From Centroscyllium fabricii (lineage: Eukaryota): DNA of 64,000 bases. Below the pieces are notes generated by a model that saw only the letters and a program-made list of their open reading frames with translations, was not told where the DNA came from and did not search any database. The stretch spans positions 114,824,001 to 114,888,000 of the forward strand of contig JBNRSN020000011.1 in assembly GCA_051313645.2 (NCBI GenBank), given 5' to 3'. The position numbers were made by a program, and so were the translations under genes. This document shows, in pieces, positions 24,513-37,745 of this stretch; position 1 is the stretch's first letter; each line of letters opens with the position of its first letter.

Positions 24513-25550
24513 CCAGGATATTTTCGTATTTGGGAAATGTGCTATCTCTCATATAATGGGAGCTATGTATCCCTCTGTTTTGTCTTACTTGTCCCATCAC
24601 TATATAATTGTGTGTGATTCATCCAAGATTTATCTGCTGTTTTGTAGGATATGAGCAGTATATTTATGACATAGCTAACTGCATCAGATGAGGGGTTTTA
24701 GCAATGACGAACAGTATTCAGATTCAGAAACAATGTTTTTTGGAGGTGGATAAATACAGAAACCATGGTGTGGGGGGGGGGGGGGGGGGTGTAATTTTAA
24801 CTCCTTGACTGGCAGAAACTGGACTGGTGGGAGGCAGTTAAACTAAAGTAGGACACATCCACTCCCCCCTCCTTTCAGACCCCCATCTGGCTGACTGCAA
24901 TTTTAAATTGCTTGAAGCCGGCAGGTCCCACTTTAAACATGAAGGTTGGACTCTGATGACTTAATTGAGCCTGATTTGCAATTTTAACCTTGGGCATGGG
25001 GGAGGGGTGGCGGTGTTACATAGAAACATAGAAGATAGGAGCAGGAGTAGGCCATTCGGCCCCTCAAGCCTGCTCCGCCATTCGATGAGATCATGACTGA
25101 TCATCCAAACTCAGTACCTCGTACCTGCCTGTTGTACCAGAAGAGGCAAAGCTAGTTTGTTTCTCATTTCCTATGGGCCAGGAGGCGGCGTGCTCCTCTG
25201 AGCCCCAGAGGGAAACCTGGAGCCGTCCTTGCCCCAGAATTCCCCTCCGCTGGACTTGCAGTGTGATGGAGACCGTTTGCTTTGGTCCCCAGCGACTGCC
25301 TCCAAACTGCACGATTTTAATGTCCGGGCGTTCACTTCCCACCGACTTCCTGGCCCTTGTGGTTGGGAAGCAACATGCTAATAAGGCCCAGGCCATTAAA
25401 ATTGAGCCATTGCTACATTCCTGCCTGGGTGTGAAAATTGACCATTGTCTGCACGTGCTTAAATATTTCAAATATTTTTCAGAAAATACTGGAAGATAAG
25501 ATTTTATATATTCCCACCACCAAAAAGTATTTTCTCCTCTTTAATTGCAT

Positions 25551-25838
25551 TGTAGCATCGCCACTAGGGGGAGACACTCTGGTCTCCCCAGGACGTTATA
25601 ATCCCCATTCCAGAGTTGGTCCCGCCCCTGTTTCCCCATTGGGCAGTTGGATCACCAGTCCTGGTTCCTGATTGGTTCTGCGGGCTGCTAGTCAAAAGCC
25701 CCATGATGCTTTGCGGTTTTGTGCCTTTTGTCAGTCAGTTGTTTTTGGATTTGAACTAATAAAGACCTGTAAAAGTTTGCTCCGCCATCTTTCGAAGCTT
25801 TATTGAATTTAAAGAGTGGGGAACGGCCGTTCCCTACA
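25551..25838 (+). mobile_element. Solo LTR in the LURAP1 intron
   Basis: tgtag...ctaca inverted termini, 4-bp TSD gcat, internal AATAAA. Confidence 0.75.
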
Positions 25839-26024
25839 GCATCACTCGTTCAGTTTTTTTTAATCTTCATTTATTCCGTAGAACGCAACATTGTGTTTGG
25901 AAGATTGCCACATTAAAAATGTTAATCAAGATATCCTTTATTTCCATCAGCTAGTGGTACTGTAACAATCGTGTGAAATTCATAAATCTTTTGCACAAAT
26001 TGTGTGCCGCTCCTAATGAGATAT

Positions 26025-26615
26025 TGGCCCGGATTTGCAGCTGTAATGATGGCAAAACTGTCAGCGTTTGCCGTCATTATTCTGGCGTCCACACATACGC
26101 AGTTAAATACAGAAATCCAGAAGTTGTTGTCTGTGATTCCCTGCTCCTTCACAGGATGCGCTGTTGAAGTCCTCACAGATGGAAATCTTATGACGCTTGA
26201 TTTGATGTGAATTTCAACTTTTTATGCTCTAATCTCACTGTAAATCCCCCCCCCCCCAAAAAAAAGTTAAGCCTTGTTGAATGAGATGTAAATGGGTTTT
26301 TAATGGCATAGTAAGTTATAATTACTGCTGAACAACCTCTCTGGCTCTGAAAAACGAATTTTATATTTGTGGAATATTAAATTTCTCCATTATGATAAAA
26401 ATTCCCATAGATTTTTTAAATAATTAAAACTTTTTTAAGCTTATGATTTTTCATCTTCTACCTTAATCCCAAGTGTATGTCCCAATCTTTATTTCACTCT
26501 CTGCAAAATGATTAGAAAGTGAAGGATAATCAGTACTTTTTATTTCCTGGTTTGCTGTCCTGTGAAAATTCTTCAATGTGCTGCCACTTCGCCACTAACC
26601 GCAACATCCGGGCCT
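26025..26615. mobile_element. PIF/Harbinger-type MITE, family B
   Basis: TIRs ggcccggatttgc / gcaacatccgggcc; subterminal sequence matches the reverse complement of 14350-14409. Confidence 0.65.
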
Positions 26616-29239
26616 TTGGGTTTTTCTTTAGACTGAGTCAGTGCAGTAGCATTTTTTGAAAGCAGAGGAACGGTGTTGCATTTTGTCATTCCATGTTACA
26701 TTTGCTAATGTGGAGTTTTCAAACCAAAGACCCGAACAGAGCACCGGAATAAAAGAAAGTTCACTTGCAATAATCTTTTGTGGGAGAAGGAATTCCCGTG
26801 ACATTCAGTGGAACATTGTCATCTCAGAAATTTTCCAGAATCATTTGCAGCCGTTAGAAATCCGATTTAAATTAGCCTAAAATCAAATGATTCAAACTCA
26901 CAGAAGCAAAACTATCATTCAGAAAACTAGATTACTTCCAAGCACTTCATGCTAGATGATGGGAGATGGACAGGAGCTTCCCAGAGAGGAGGATGTTAAT
27001 AGGCACAAGATTTGACGCTTTTATTTACAAAGCAAAGAGAATATTCACCATGGGAGGGTTGCAGTAAGTCTAATTTTATGAAAATCATACAATACCTTTT
27101 TAGTATCAAAGTTTACACACTAAGTATGGTTTTACAGTGTATACTATAGTACACATCTCAATAGTTGCAGGTAAATGCAATGAGGGTTATGCATAATTAT
27201 ACAGATCTATACATTAGTGTTTGGTATTGGAGCTGGTGTTATCCCTAGTCAGGGGGTCCTAGTGGCTTGTGGGGAGATGGTGGGTTGTAGACTGCAGTAT
27301 TATTTGGGCCCTGCTGACACTGGAGGGCGCATGTAATCCTAGGCATGGCCTGGCTGTGGGTGGGTGGCTGGCCTCCAGGAAGGTGCCAAACATCTCCTGG
27401 TGTTTCTCCAGATCCATTAGCAGCCTGTGCATTACTTGATCTGACTGGTAGATGTCCCATATGCTTAGACTGCATTTGTTGTGTTTGGATTTTGGCATTA
27501 TCTTGCTACCAGGATGGAGATCTGTGTGAGCTCGAGAGGGACAGGTGTTCATTTTCCACGTAGTAGGCTGGGTATACAAGGACTTGGGTTCAGAGGAGTG
27601 GTTAGCACTCAGCAGCCAGCAGCACTTTTGTTCAGGAGGGTGAGGTAGGATCAGCATGTAAGTAGGAATGTGTGTTTGTGGTCACAGTTCTGCCAGGGCT
27701 GGGTGAAACTTACCAACTTTGGGCAAGGTGAGGTTCTGTGGTGTAGACGGTCAGCTCTGAGGGGGACAGTTTCCATTGGATTATAGGATCCTATATAAAA
27801 TGACAGATTTGACCGTAATGCAAGTAGTTACATTGGGTGATACAAAACCTGCCAGCCAGCTCATGGTGATAAAGCTGTTCCACTGGATCTTGATGGTGGA
27901 CGCCCTACCAGAATTATTCAAATGGGTCACAATCTGGTGTAAAAAGGACAAGGACCCCAGTGCTTGTGCATCATGCAGGTTGATATCCCTCTCAACTGCG
28001 ATTATAAAGTACTACAAAGATTCCATGGAGCAGAGATGAGGGAGATTATAGAAACAATTTAGTCCTCAATATCGTAGACTGAATCACTGGTCAAGCAAGC
28101 TATCCATATTATCTGTTTTCCCTCAATCCCCAAAGAAACAAGTGAGTGAAGCATGAATTTATGATCTAGTAGATTTTCTAAATGTTCTGAGAGCTATTGC
28201 CTTTATACATTAAAATCTGCATAGTCAGAGCGGAAACTGCTTATCAGGATCATTATTACGTATATGCAGGCAGTGGGCGGTTGTAACATTTTGCCAAATA
28301 GCCAGGTTAATGATTGATTTTTGGCTAATTAAACTTTAGTTATTCATAAGGGCTAGGTTGTTTGAAAATTATTGTCAGATATTTTTCCCGGCTAGTGCAT
28401 CTGTTTATTTTTGTATGGGTATATTTAATGCAATTTTTGGCCAATGGTGCATAGCCATGTTAATATTTGCAGTTGTAAATGCAAGGGAAATAAATGGGAG
28501 GAAGGTACGTATAACTCCAAAGCAAACCAATGGAGCTTTCTTCTCCCCTTTGCTGGTAGTCACGGCCTCGTGTGAAGCTGAGCCAATAGGCCAGGACAGC
28601 CCAAGGTGCTATCTACAAAAGCAAAATGCTGGAAATCCGAACTAGAAACAGAAAATGCTAGAAATACTCAGCAGGTCAGGGAGCATCTGTGGTCGGTGAC
28701 CTTTTTGTCAGAACAGTCAAGGCGCTATCTAAATGTGCTGAGTTAGTTGATCTCAGCCAGACCGGTCGTGGCAAATTAAAATGAGCCTTAAGTTCACAAG
28801 TGTAAGGAAGGCAAAAATCAGCCAAGGCTCCCACGGTCCAATAGCCTAATATTGTTCACGTATGAATGGCCACCTGAATTAATTGTTGAAGAGTGGCTGG
28901 TGCCAGTGGAACTGTAGTTTATTATGTTTTGGCTTCTTCCGAAAAGGAAAGAGAATTTTCTATCAGCGGACTGGAAGTCCCATTCTGGGATTTCATATAT
29001 TCATTCTTCTGTGAAATCCTGGAGTATGACCCAGCACTTCATTTAAAAATGCAGGTCTGCATTTCACAGTGCTACAGTAATACACATTCAGGCTCAGTGA
29101 CTACTGAACCTCTTTTTTTTCCCCCAGAAGATGTTTGCCACTTGGTGGAGCTTCCTCCTATACCATTTGTGGCAGATTGTGTATTGAAGATACTCTGTCA
29201 GAATTGTTCCCTGTTTCGAATGGTGTGAAGTAAGGATGT

Positions 29240-29790
29240 GTAGTGGGCCTAGTTCTATTCACACTGGAGCAGCTGGAAAAACTTCTTCGCATTAGATGAC
29301 AGGACAAGGTCACTAACCACGAAGTACCAGAATGTGTTGACAGCACCAGCAGTGAGGCTATAATAATCAGTGCTCGGTTCCATAGGGCTGGATATGTTGT
29401 TAGACTGGACAGCGTATGGTTGCTGAAACAGGTACTTTATGGAGAACTGATGGATGCCAGCAGATTGCACAGCAAAGGCACTACAAGGATACACTGAAGG
29501 TTCACTTAAAGCAGTGCAACATGGTCTTGGGGAAACTCTGACCACTGCCAGGCAGCGGTGTGAAGGAATGAAGAACATTGTGCTACATCACCGTGGCAAC
29601 AAGAGGCGAGAGATGAAAGTGTTGGCAACATCAGAGGGGTCAACAGGCGGCCCGGCACGAACATGGTTGTATGAGGCTTGTAGTAGAAAATGTCTGTCCC
29701 ATATTGGCCTGAATAGTCATCAACGCACTCACCTGCACTGCTCCCTTCATTGTTGGCACCACCATCTTCGTGTACAGGGACCCACCACCA
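29240..29790 (+). mobile_element. Decayed RTE/BovB-like LINE 3' fragment
   Basis: C-terminal CSRKCLSHIGLNSHQRTH motif typical of RTE ORF ends. Confidence 0.55.
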
Positions 29791-29864
29791 TGACACCCTA
29801 CTACTTCACACCATCATTGGGGAAGATATTTGTGATAGTGGGCAAGCTTTATAGAGAGATACGA

Positions 29865-29985
29865 TAGCAAAATACTGCGGATGCTGGAAATCTGAAATAA
29901 CAACAGAAAGCACTAGAGAAACTCAGCAGGCCAGGCAGCATCGGTGGAGAGAGAGATAGAGTTAGCGTTTCAGGTCGATGACCTT
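29865..29985 (-). mobile_element. Penelope-like terminal-repeat fragment (related fragments at about 28615-28712 and 39900-40378)
   Basis: gcaaaatactgcggatgctggaaatctgaaat...ctcagcaggccaggcagcatc; degenerate hammerhead stem II-GAAA remnant. Confidence 0.65.
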
Positions 29986-30671
29986 TTTTATAGAGATGTT
30001 TGCACTATTTTCCAGCTAGGCGATGAGTATTTTTGGCAATGCCTCATCTATCGGGTCTATGGTTCTGTTCTGGAATACAAGATGGGTATAGTTGTGTAGT
30101 GGTTATATTACTAGATTAGTAATCCAGAGGTCTCGACGAGCAATCCAGAGTGTGAGTTGAAATCCCACCATGACTGACTGAGAATTTGAATTCAGCTTTT
30201 TTTTTTAAATCTGGGATTTAAAAACTGATATCGGTTAAAGTGATAGCCGTCTGATTGTCATAAAACTGAACTGGTTCACAAATGTCTTTTTAAGGATGGA
30301 AAGGCAAAGGGGGTTGGAAATAGACCTTTTAGGGAACCTAAAAAAAGCCTGTTTAAATGCCAATTAATGAAAGCCTTCCTGCATTGACCTATTTTAAAAT
30401 AGTTTCTCCGATATTTTAGGTAGCAGCAAGGAGCTTCTCTACATCACCTGGCCTCCTGGGCAGGCAATAATCACCCCAAAGTAATTATGATTGCTGTCAG
30501 ATCTTTGAGCCCTAATTTAAAATGCAGATGAAATTATAAAACTGAATTAATGCTATTAATCTTAGAGGAGTGTTCTCTGTAGTAAATGGAGGCTATTTGG
30601 AGCTTTGGGTTTCCTTTCTTAATCATTGCACTTGCATTTCTGGTGTTAGTGATCAATCACTTGAAGAACAG

Positions 30672-30806
30672 ATTCAAAGACCCCACACACCCCAGCCACA
30701 GTCTGTTCACCCCCCATCCCTCCGGGAGACGCTACAGATCAATTCGCACCCGCACGACTAGATTTAAGAACCGCTTCTTCCCCAGGGCTGTCAGCCTCCT
30801 GAACTC

Positions 30807-30846
<40 letters not shown>

Positions 30847-30987
30847 CCGGTACCTGCACACCTGAAAATGTACTTTACTGTATGCAATTTGCATGTAATT
30901 TATTTGCACTACTCTCGGGAGCATCGAATCTTCGTCTCGTTGTATTGTACTAGTACTCTGCAATGACAATAAAACTTGAATTGAATT
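30672..30987 (+). mobile_element. Rex1/Babar LINE 3' end
   Basis: KDPTHPSHSLF...RTRTTRFKNRFFPRAV; tail nearly identical to those at 56811 and 63225. Confidence 0.85.
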
Positions 30988-31004
30988 ATTTCCCAAGCAA
31001 TGCA

Positions 31005-31580
31005 ACATAAGAACATAAATAGGAGCAGGAGTCGGCCATTCGGCCCTTCGAGCCTGCTCCGCCATTTAATAAGATCATGGCTGATCTGATCTTGGCCTCA
31101 ACTCCACTTCCCTGCCCGCTCCCCATAACCCTCGACTCCCCTGTAGTTCAAAAATCTGTCTCCGCCTTGAATATATTCACTGACTCAGCCTCCACAGTTC
31201 TGAGGTAGAGAATTCCAAAGATTCACGATCCTCTGAGATGAAATTCCTCCTCATCTGCGTCTTAAATGGGCGACCCCTTATTCTGAAACTATGCCCCCGA
31301 GTTCTAGATTCCCCCACGAGGGGAAACATCCTCTCAGTACCTACCCTGTCAAGCCCCCACAGAATCTGGTGTTTCAATAAGATCACCTCTCATTCTTCTA
31401 AACTCCAATGAGTATAGGCCCAACCTTTCCTCATAAGACAACCCCTTCATTTCCAGGAATCAACCTAGTGAACCTTCGCTGAACTGCCTCCAATGCAAGT
31501 ATATCCCTCCTTAAATAAGGAGACCAAAACTGTACGCAGTACTCCAGGTGTGGTCTCACCAACGCCCTGTACAGTTGTAG
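31005..31580 (-). mobile_element. CR1 3' fragment
   Basis: [20 protein letters not shown] and RTRGHSFRI motifs followed by the tail. Confidence 0.88.
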
Positions 31581-31767
31581 CCTCTTTAAATAAGGGTCAC
31601 TCGAAGACCCTTTACACACATTTTACATTTGATATACTTAACATTCAACTGGGAAAAATAATATTCCAAATATTTTCTCCCCAATACAACACACACTAAC
31701 TGTTGATGCTCCAATGCAGAGAGTCCTTCTCATCAAGTTCCTGATCTCTGCTGTGTTGTTTGGGAGA

Positions 31768-31825
31768 AATGCAAGAAGTCACACAACACCAGGTTATAGT
31801 CCAACAGTTTTATTTTAAATCACCA
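31768..31825 (-). mobile_element. 58-bp Penelope terminal-repeat fragment with 12-bp TSD
   Basis: Matches the copies at 55473-55530 and 61977-62031; flanked by ttgtttgggaga on both sides. Confidence 0.75.
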
Positions 31826-32253
31826 TTGTTTGGGAGAGAAGAGGCAATGAGCAAAGGCTAGTTACTTTCCTCACAGGAAGGAAAATTGAAAGATTAATAC
31901 TTCCTAATGGCTAGTTCAAGAGTAGCATTGTGAAGGCCTGGGGAGTAAATATTTGGAATATTATTTTTCCTGTTTGAATGTTAAATCCTCAGGGTTGAAG
32001 TATATCAGATGTAAAATGTGTGTAAAGAGTATTTGAGTGACCCTTATTTAAAGTGAAGCTATTGGATATAAAGAATACTGGGACGCTGAGGGGAAGGCAT
32101 TTGCTATTCATAGTACTTGTCCTTGAAAATAACCTAATTTTATTAAGCATGAAACCGATCAGCAAGATATTAACTTTTTTTTAATTGCTTCTTTAGGCAG
32201 TAGAATGTGAAGCTGTTATGATTTTACCAGTAACTGTTCATTTTTACCATTAG

Positions 32254-32850
32254 GCATATCTAAGGGCGATTGATATCAAGATAATGCACCAGCTGATGGC
32301 TGTTAATGAAGGAATTGAGGCAGTGAAGTGGATTTTGGAAGAAAAAGGCACACTTGCCAGCAGATGCAGCAGCCTGACCAGCAGTATGTACAGCCTTGTG
32401 GAGAGTCAGGAGACCTCACGGAGAGGTAGCTGGAACAGCCTGCAGGATCCAAATGATAAATTGGATGGCATTTCCATTGGAAGTTTTTTGGATACTTTGG
32501 CCGATGATATGGATGAATACTGTCAAACCACCATAGATCCATTGTCCTCTACACACTCTAGCCAAGGAGGCCCATTCACCACAATGGAGAAAGAAATATA
32601 TTCCAATGAGACACACTGTCAACAAACCAACATGGCTAACAGCTTTTCGGAAAAGCAAGGGAACAATGTTGCTGATTACAATGTGGAAAGTAAATTTTCT
32701 CATGATAAACTATGCAAAGATGGTGGGAAACTAAAGATTCAAAAAAATGGAAAAATAGATTATGATGGTTGTAAACGAAATAAAATGCACATTGAATATG
32801 ATGCGCACTGGCACTGGGTGCAGTCACAAGATGATGTAACATTCCTGTGA
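32254..32850 (+). CDS. LURAP1: Leucine rich adaptor protein 1 (LRAP35a), coding exon 2
   Basis: Acceptor tttttaccattag|GCA; AYLRAIDIKIMHQLMAVNEGIEAVKWILEEKGTL...SIGSFLDTL...HWHWVQSQDDVTFL*; in frame with exon 1. Confidence 0.95.
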   Translation, partial: AYLRAIDIKIMHQLMAVNEGIEAVKWILEEKGTLASRCSSLTSSMYSLVESQETSRRGSWNSLQDPNDKLDGISIGSFLDTLADDMDEYCQTTIDPLSSTHSSQGGPFTTMEKEIYSNETHCQQTNMANSFSEKQGNNVADYNVESKFSHDKLCKDGGKLKIQKNGKIDYDGCKRNKMHIEYDAHWHWVQSQDDVTFL

Positions 32851-34497
32851 GGAGGTAGGGTTGACGCTGTTATTGGTCAATGCAGTGGTACTCAACCTCA
32901 TCTCAACCAGAACCACCATAGCACCGAGTAGACTCAAACAGCCAAGGTCAAAGTTATGGGTGGTCAGGATGGCAAAATGTAGAAAAACACATTTGGAGTT
33001 ACTCTTGCATTAAAATTCAAATGCTTCCAGCATCAGAACAGAGTAGTAACCTGAGAGATTTGGCAGTTTTAAGAAATCAGAACAGAAATGGAATTTCAAT
33101 CACAGACTACATTTTAGATTAGAACCACAGTCGGTGCAAGTAGTTGGTTTGTCACTTTGTTCGACAGTTGTCATGTAAATGCAACCATAATCTGGAGTCC
33201 AGGCCCAACCTGACACTGGAACAAAGCACAATTAGGCTGGGCCATAACTCTGGATTTACACCACATATTTAACATTGATATGAAGTAGAAACTATTTCAC
33301 ACGGACTCTCTGTAAATGCACTTGAAAGGAAACAGCTTGCTTTTATATCAATACCATTTATAATTTCTAAAATGTATTTTGGTGTTTGTGACCATTAACA
33401 GGGGTGGTGGGGGAGATGAAAATCTGGATTGTGGTTCTGAAAAGCCAAATATGACTGGAGCTACAGGTTGAGTACCACTTTCCTAATGTATAGGATTGGC
33501 AGTGATCTCACAGTGAATGGTATTATCACCTGCAAGATCAATAATCGGACTGTTTCCTACCTATTTCAACAATTGGAAACCATGATAATTGTAGTATAAC
33601 TATAACATTGGATGTACTTTACTTTGCAATACTACTATTTCTGAGGTGTTGGCCTAGCAGTTGAAAGATTATGCTTTTGTACATGGAGGTAAGCACTTAA
33701 TTAGTAAAATGCATCAATCAGTGATCTGGGGAGGGAAACATTCCAAGGTTCAGCAGGTTTAAATATTTGTTTAAACTTAAAATATTTGAGTTATTCTTGC
33801 AAAGCTATTCCTTCCTTGTGGATTATTCCAGCTGGGATTACCTGGTGCACGAGCCTTGTCTTCAACACTATATGGAGTATTTTTGTGCTAATATTCATCC
33901 CATCTGATTTGGTCAAGAGGGAAATTCTGGTTCATGTTTAATTGACATGTCAACTTTAAGTAAGTTAACCGCTCTCGTCATGGCTGGGAAACCTTTTCTC
34001 AAATGTCATTCGGTTCAACAGACATACTTTTCTCTTCAGGTGAGCAGAGATTAGAAAGGTCATTAAAACATTTTTTTTTTAATCTAGTAAAATGGAGATA
34101 TCCGCCCTCTGGACTGCTGTTGCATTTCTGCACAAATTACAGATATAACTACCTTTCACCGAGTTATTTACATTTGTGGTTTGCGATCTGATGTCTAACA
34201 TTGACTTTGGGAAGGTACAGAAAAAATATTTTTTCAGGAGATGTTGAATGACTTTTCTTTTGAAAACTGCAGAGATTTGCTGTTGCTAAAATAACTAGTG
34301 TTCTGCAATACCGTAGTTGCAGTTTGACCTGGTTTATTCAAATACTTCTGGAACACTGGCCTTTATTAGATTACAAATCACAGATTACTCTGTCCATTCA
34401 AAAAATGTGCAAGAGAATGAAAATGGACATAAATGCGTCAACAAACGAGCGGTTTTCTGTATACAGTTTGCAGCTAATCAAGAACACATTCAGCATT

Positions 34498-34878
34498 CAT
34501 AGAAACATAGAAGATAGGAGCAGGTGTAGGCCATTTGGCCCTTCGAGCCTGCTCTGCCATTCAATGAGATCATGGCTGATCATCCAAACCCAGCACCCCG
34601 CCCCTACCCTCTCCCCATATCCCTCGATCCCTATCGAGCCTGCACCGACACATATCCCACCCTATCCCCGTAACCCCACATATTCAATCCCCCGAACACT
34701 AAGGGTCAATTTATCATGGCCAATCAACCTAACCCACACATCTTTGGAGCACCCGGAGGAAACCCACGCAGACACGGGGAGAATGTGCAAACTCCACACA
34801 GATAGTACCGGAGGCTGGATTTGAACCCGGGTCTCTAGTGCTGTGAGACAACAGTGCTAACCACTATGCCACCGTGCC
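34498..34878 (-). mobile_element. HE1-type V-SINE
   Basis: Same head, V-domain and CR1 tail as 15702-16098. Confidence 0.85.
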
Positions 34879-37499
34879 GTATTCGAACTGTATACAAGCT
34901 TACACTCAAAATTGTGTGACCAAACTTGGATTTGGGGGGGGGAGGGAGGAAAAGAGAATCTTTTTGTTGCTTTATCTTGATTGGACCCTTTTTGAAATCA
35001 CTAAATTTAAACGTATTCATCACAGCATTAGGTCACACGTGCTGCTTCAGATAGTGAAGCACTGAATGAAGGTCATCGTGGGTTTTTGGAGGTGCAAGGG
35101 GCCAAATTTCCTCCCCCCCCCCCCCCCCCCGCAAACCTTCTTGTTTTGAGTTTTTTAGCATTCTTGCTGAGGGACACGGGTCCAGCTGGACGAGTTGGCA
35201 CTTTACTCAAGCCACTTCTCCTTGTATCTCCAAATGAAGCTAGTTGATGGGCTAAGCCGAAAGCCAAACCTGGACTGTGCTTCTGCCTTTTTATTTAGCA
35301 GGAGACTTCTTTGGACTGCAGTTACAGGAAATCTAGTGAGTGAGCTTAGAATGTGTTGAGGTAGGCACATCTCCTGCAGAGCTCAAGTCTGAAAACCTGA
35401 CCAATAGCAATATGTTGAAATGCTGTTTTCATGAGTAAAGGCGGTGCTTTTTATCATTTTGTATCCTGTTAGGCTCATAATGCATAGTCCAGATAGTAAC
35501 AATATATGCAAGCAGATGTAAGACAGCAAGGTGGAATAGCATGTGCATTAATGACAGTAAATCAGTCTAATAGGCAGCCATTTTTGGATTAATAGGGATT
35601 TGCCAGCTGATTCACTTTGGTCTCAGAGTGCAAGGTTTTTGGATTATCCAGTATGCTTATAATGGAAGCTGGGTATCAGAAGAAAGAATGTTTGGCTTAA
35701 TGAATTATGGATAAACCAGGTCTGACTCTGTATTGTTTTATGCTGTACTTCAAATGATTATTGTATTGTCAAAATATATTGATATTTATGCTGATGTATA
35801 AAGATTTGAAACAAAGGCACAAAGGTGATTGAAGTGCCTGCCAAACTTTAATGAAAGTAGGAAAAGAAAAAGAAACATTCTTCAGCAAAGCAACACAATG
35901 CACTAAAGTCTTAAAGTATGATGGTTGCCAAACCATGAAAATCCCTTATTTGTATGTGACGTGTATGGTATGTGTCTGGGTGTTGTATAAATTGCCAAAT
36001 TTAACCTGTTCAGTGATAGATCTTCAAATCAAGCCGACACAGACATGAGGGGCTGAATGCCCGCCTTCTGTGCCGTACATGTCTATGATCAATCCTGTGT
36101 GGGACTCGCTGCCTCATTCTAGCCAAACTAAGATTTGCAGTAAACTGCTTCATTCTATTGTTGACTCTGTTTAATACATTCCTTGGTTATATTTTACTAT
36201 AAAACTCAAAGCTTAGTTTTATGATTAAAATATAGTCATAGTGTGGTAGTATACCTGTGAATGTTACTAATGAATGAACAGATATCTTTTAAAGTGTTAC
36301 AGATCAATGCAGTAACAGCAATATTAAACTCTTCTGTTTACAAACTTAAAGCTGTGTGTAAATAGTTTGGATAATGTCTGGTCAAACATTGCTGGAATCA
36401 GATTCCTTGTTTGTGCTTTGCCTGTTTAGTTGGCCTGTGTCTTTGTCAGTTACTAGCTATTTATTCATTTATGATGCCAGAGGTTTTTAATACATCTTCA
36501 TGTAATAAATGAAAAGTCTACTGAGTGAGATGCACTAGAATCTTAACTAATGATCAATGTGATCTAGTACTATGGGACCGCCTAATTTATATACTTGCCT
36601 CGTGGGGCTACCTTTTTGTGAATTACCATAGACCTTTAGAATCTTCCTGTTTTTGTCTTGTGTGTAATGTACTGATTTTGTAGGTATTTTGGACCCCTCT
36701 AAAACGATGGATTTCCTGGCCTTTGCATACCATTTTATTTGCTATTTCCCGACATTTCATTCCACAAGGAGGGTTTTGAGTGTGTTACATACATAGTGAG
36801 CTATTTTAAGTTTAAACCAATTAACATTGCATTATTCTTAGTTCATGTAAGGGAATTTGAGTTCTAAGATGCTCCTTGAAAAGACTCGCATGGTAACTAT
36901 ATTGGAACACTGATTTTCTTTCCCTTTACCCCCCCCCCCCCACTCTGATTTTCCCTTCCCCCCCCCTCCCCGAGGAACTATCTAATTGATACAGAGCGCT
37001 CCCAAGTCTAAATGATCCCTGAAATTGAGATTGCATCACTTTATTTTGGACTCTTTTGTGCATCTAACAGTGTTAATCTGTAACAATGATAAATGTGTTC
37101 CATCAATCTGCACAATGCATTACTGAATGTATTTGAATAGTCATTTATAAACGAGTGGCTCTCCCATGGCATTTCCCACTTCAAAATTACATAATGTAAT
37201 TATAAAATAATTATCTAAAAATGGAGGGAGATCTGAATGTCACACAGCGACATGCCAAAGGGCTGGGAAAATGAGTCAAGGGGACTGTGGCTGCCTCATG
37301 CTTGCCATGGTTCCCACATTGCTTTGAGGCACCTTTTTTTGTGGCAACTGTTGGAACAAAAATAGGAGTGGCCCCCCAAAAATGGGTTTTCACCATGGGA
37401 ATCCTTCTGTACCCTTCTTCCTCCAATAACTAGGGGTGTAAGAGGCATTCGCTGGTCACCTGGTACCCTTGCACTTGAAGTTACAGACCTAGATTTTTG

Positions 37500-37745
37500 A
37501 CAAAGTATCATTACTCGCGCAGGCTGCAATTCACAGGGCAGTGATTGAATTGTCAAAGTGCTGCAAGGTGAGCTGCACTGAAGCTCCTCCACAGGTGTGA
37601 AGAGCACAAGGTCACAACAGCCCTAACTTCCATGCCTTTGGGTCCTTCCATGGTGCCACTGGCAACATCAGTTACAATCACCACAGATGTATAAAGCAAA
37701 TGATGGATGCTTTATGCGAGAGCAAGAGATTACATCTCGATGTGC
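37500..37745 (+). pseudogene. Decayed PIF/Harbinger (HARBI1-like) transposase N-terminal fragment
   Basis: With frameshifts it reads KVTTAL/NFHAFGSFHGATGNI...HRCIKQMMDAL...RARDYI, resembling the Harbinger L.F.A.GSFQ...D...HRCI..V.DAL motif. Confidence 0.55.

Noticed and set aside
29955-29990. Hammerhead remnants in a second Penelope family (also about 28690-28712 and 40279-40313)
   Set aside because: The core is incomplete or mutated (CUGAnGA or GAAA missing), so they are not called as ribozymes.
36504-36509. AATAAA as the LURAP1 polyadenylation signal
   Set aside because: It is plausible, but several alternatives exist and the 3' end cannot be fixed without transcript data.
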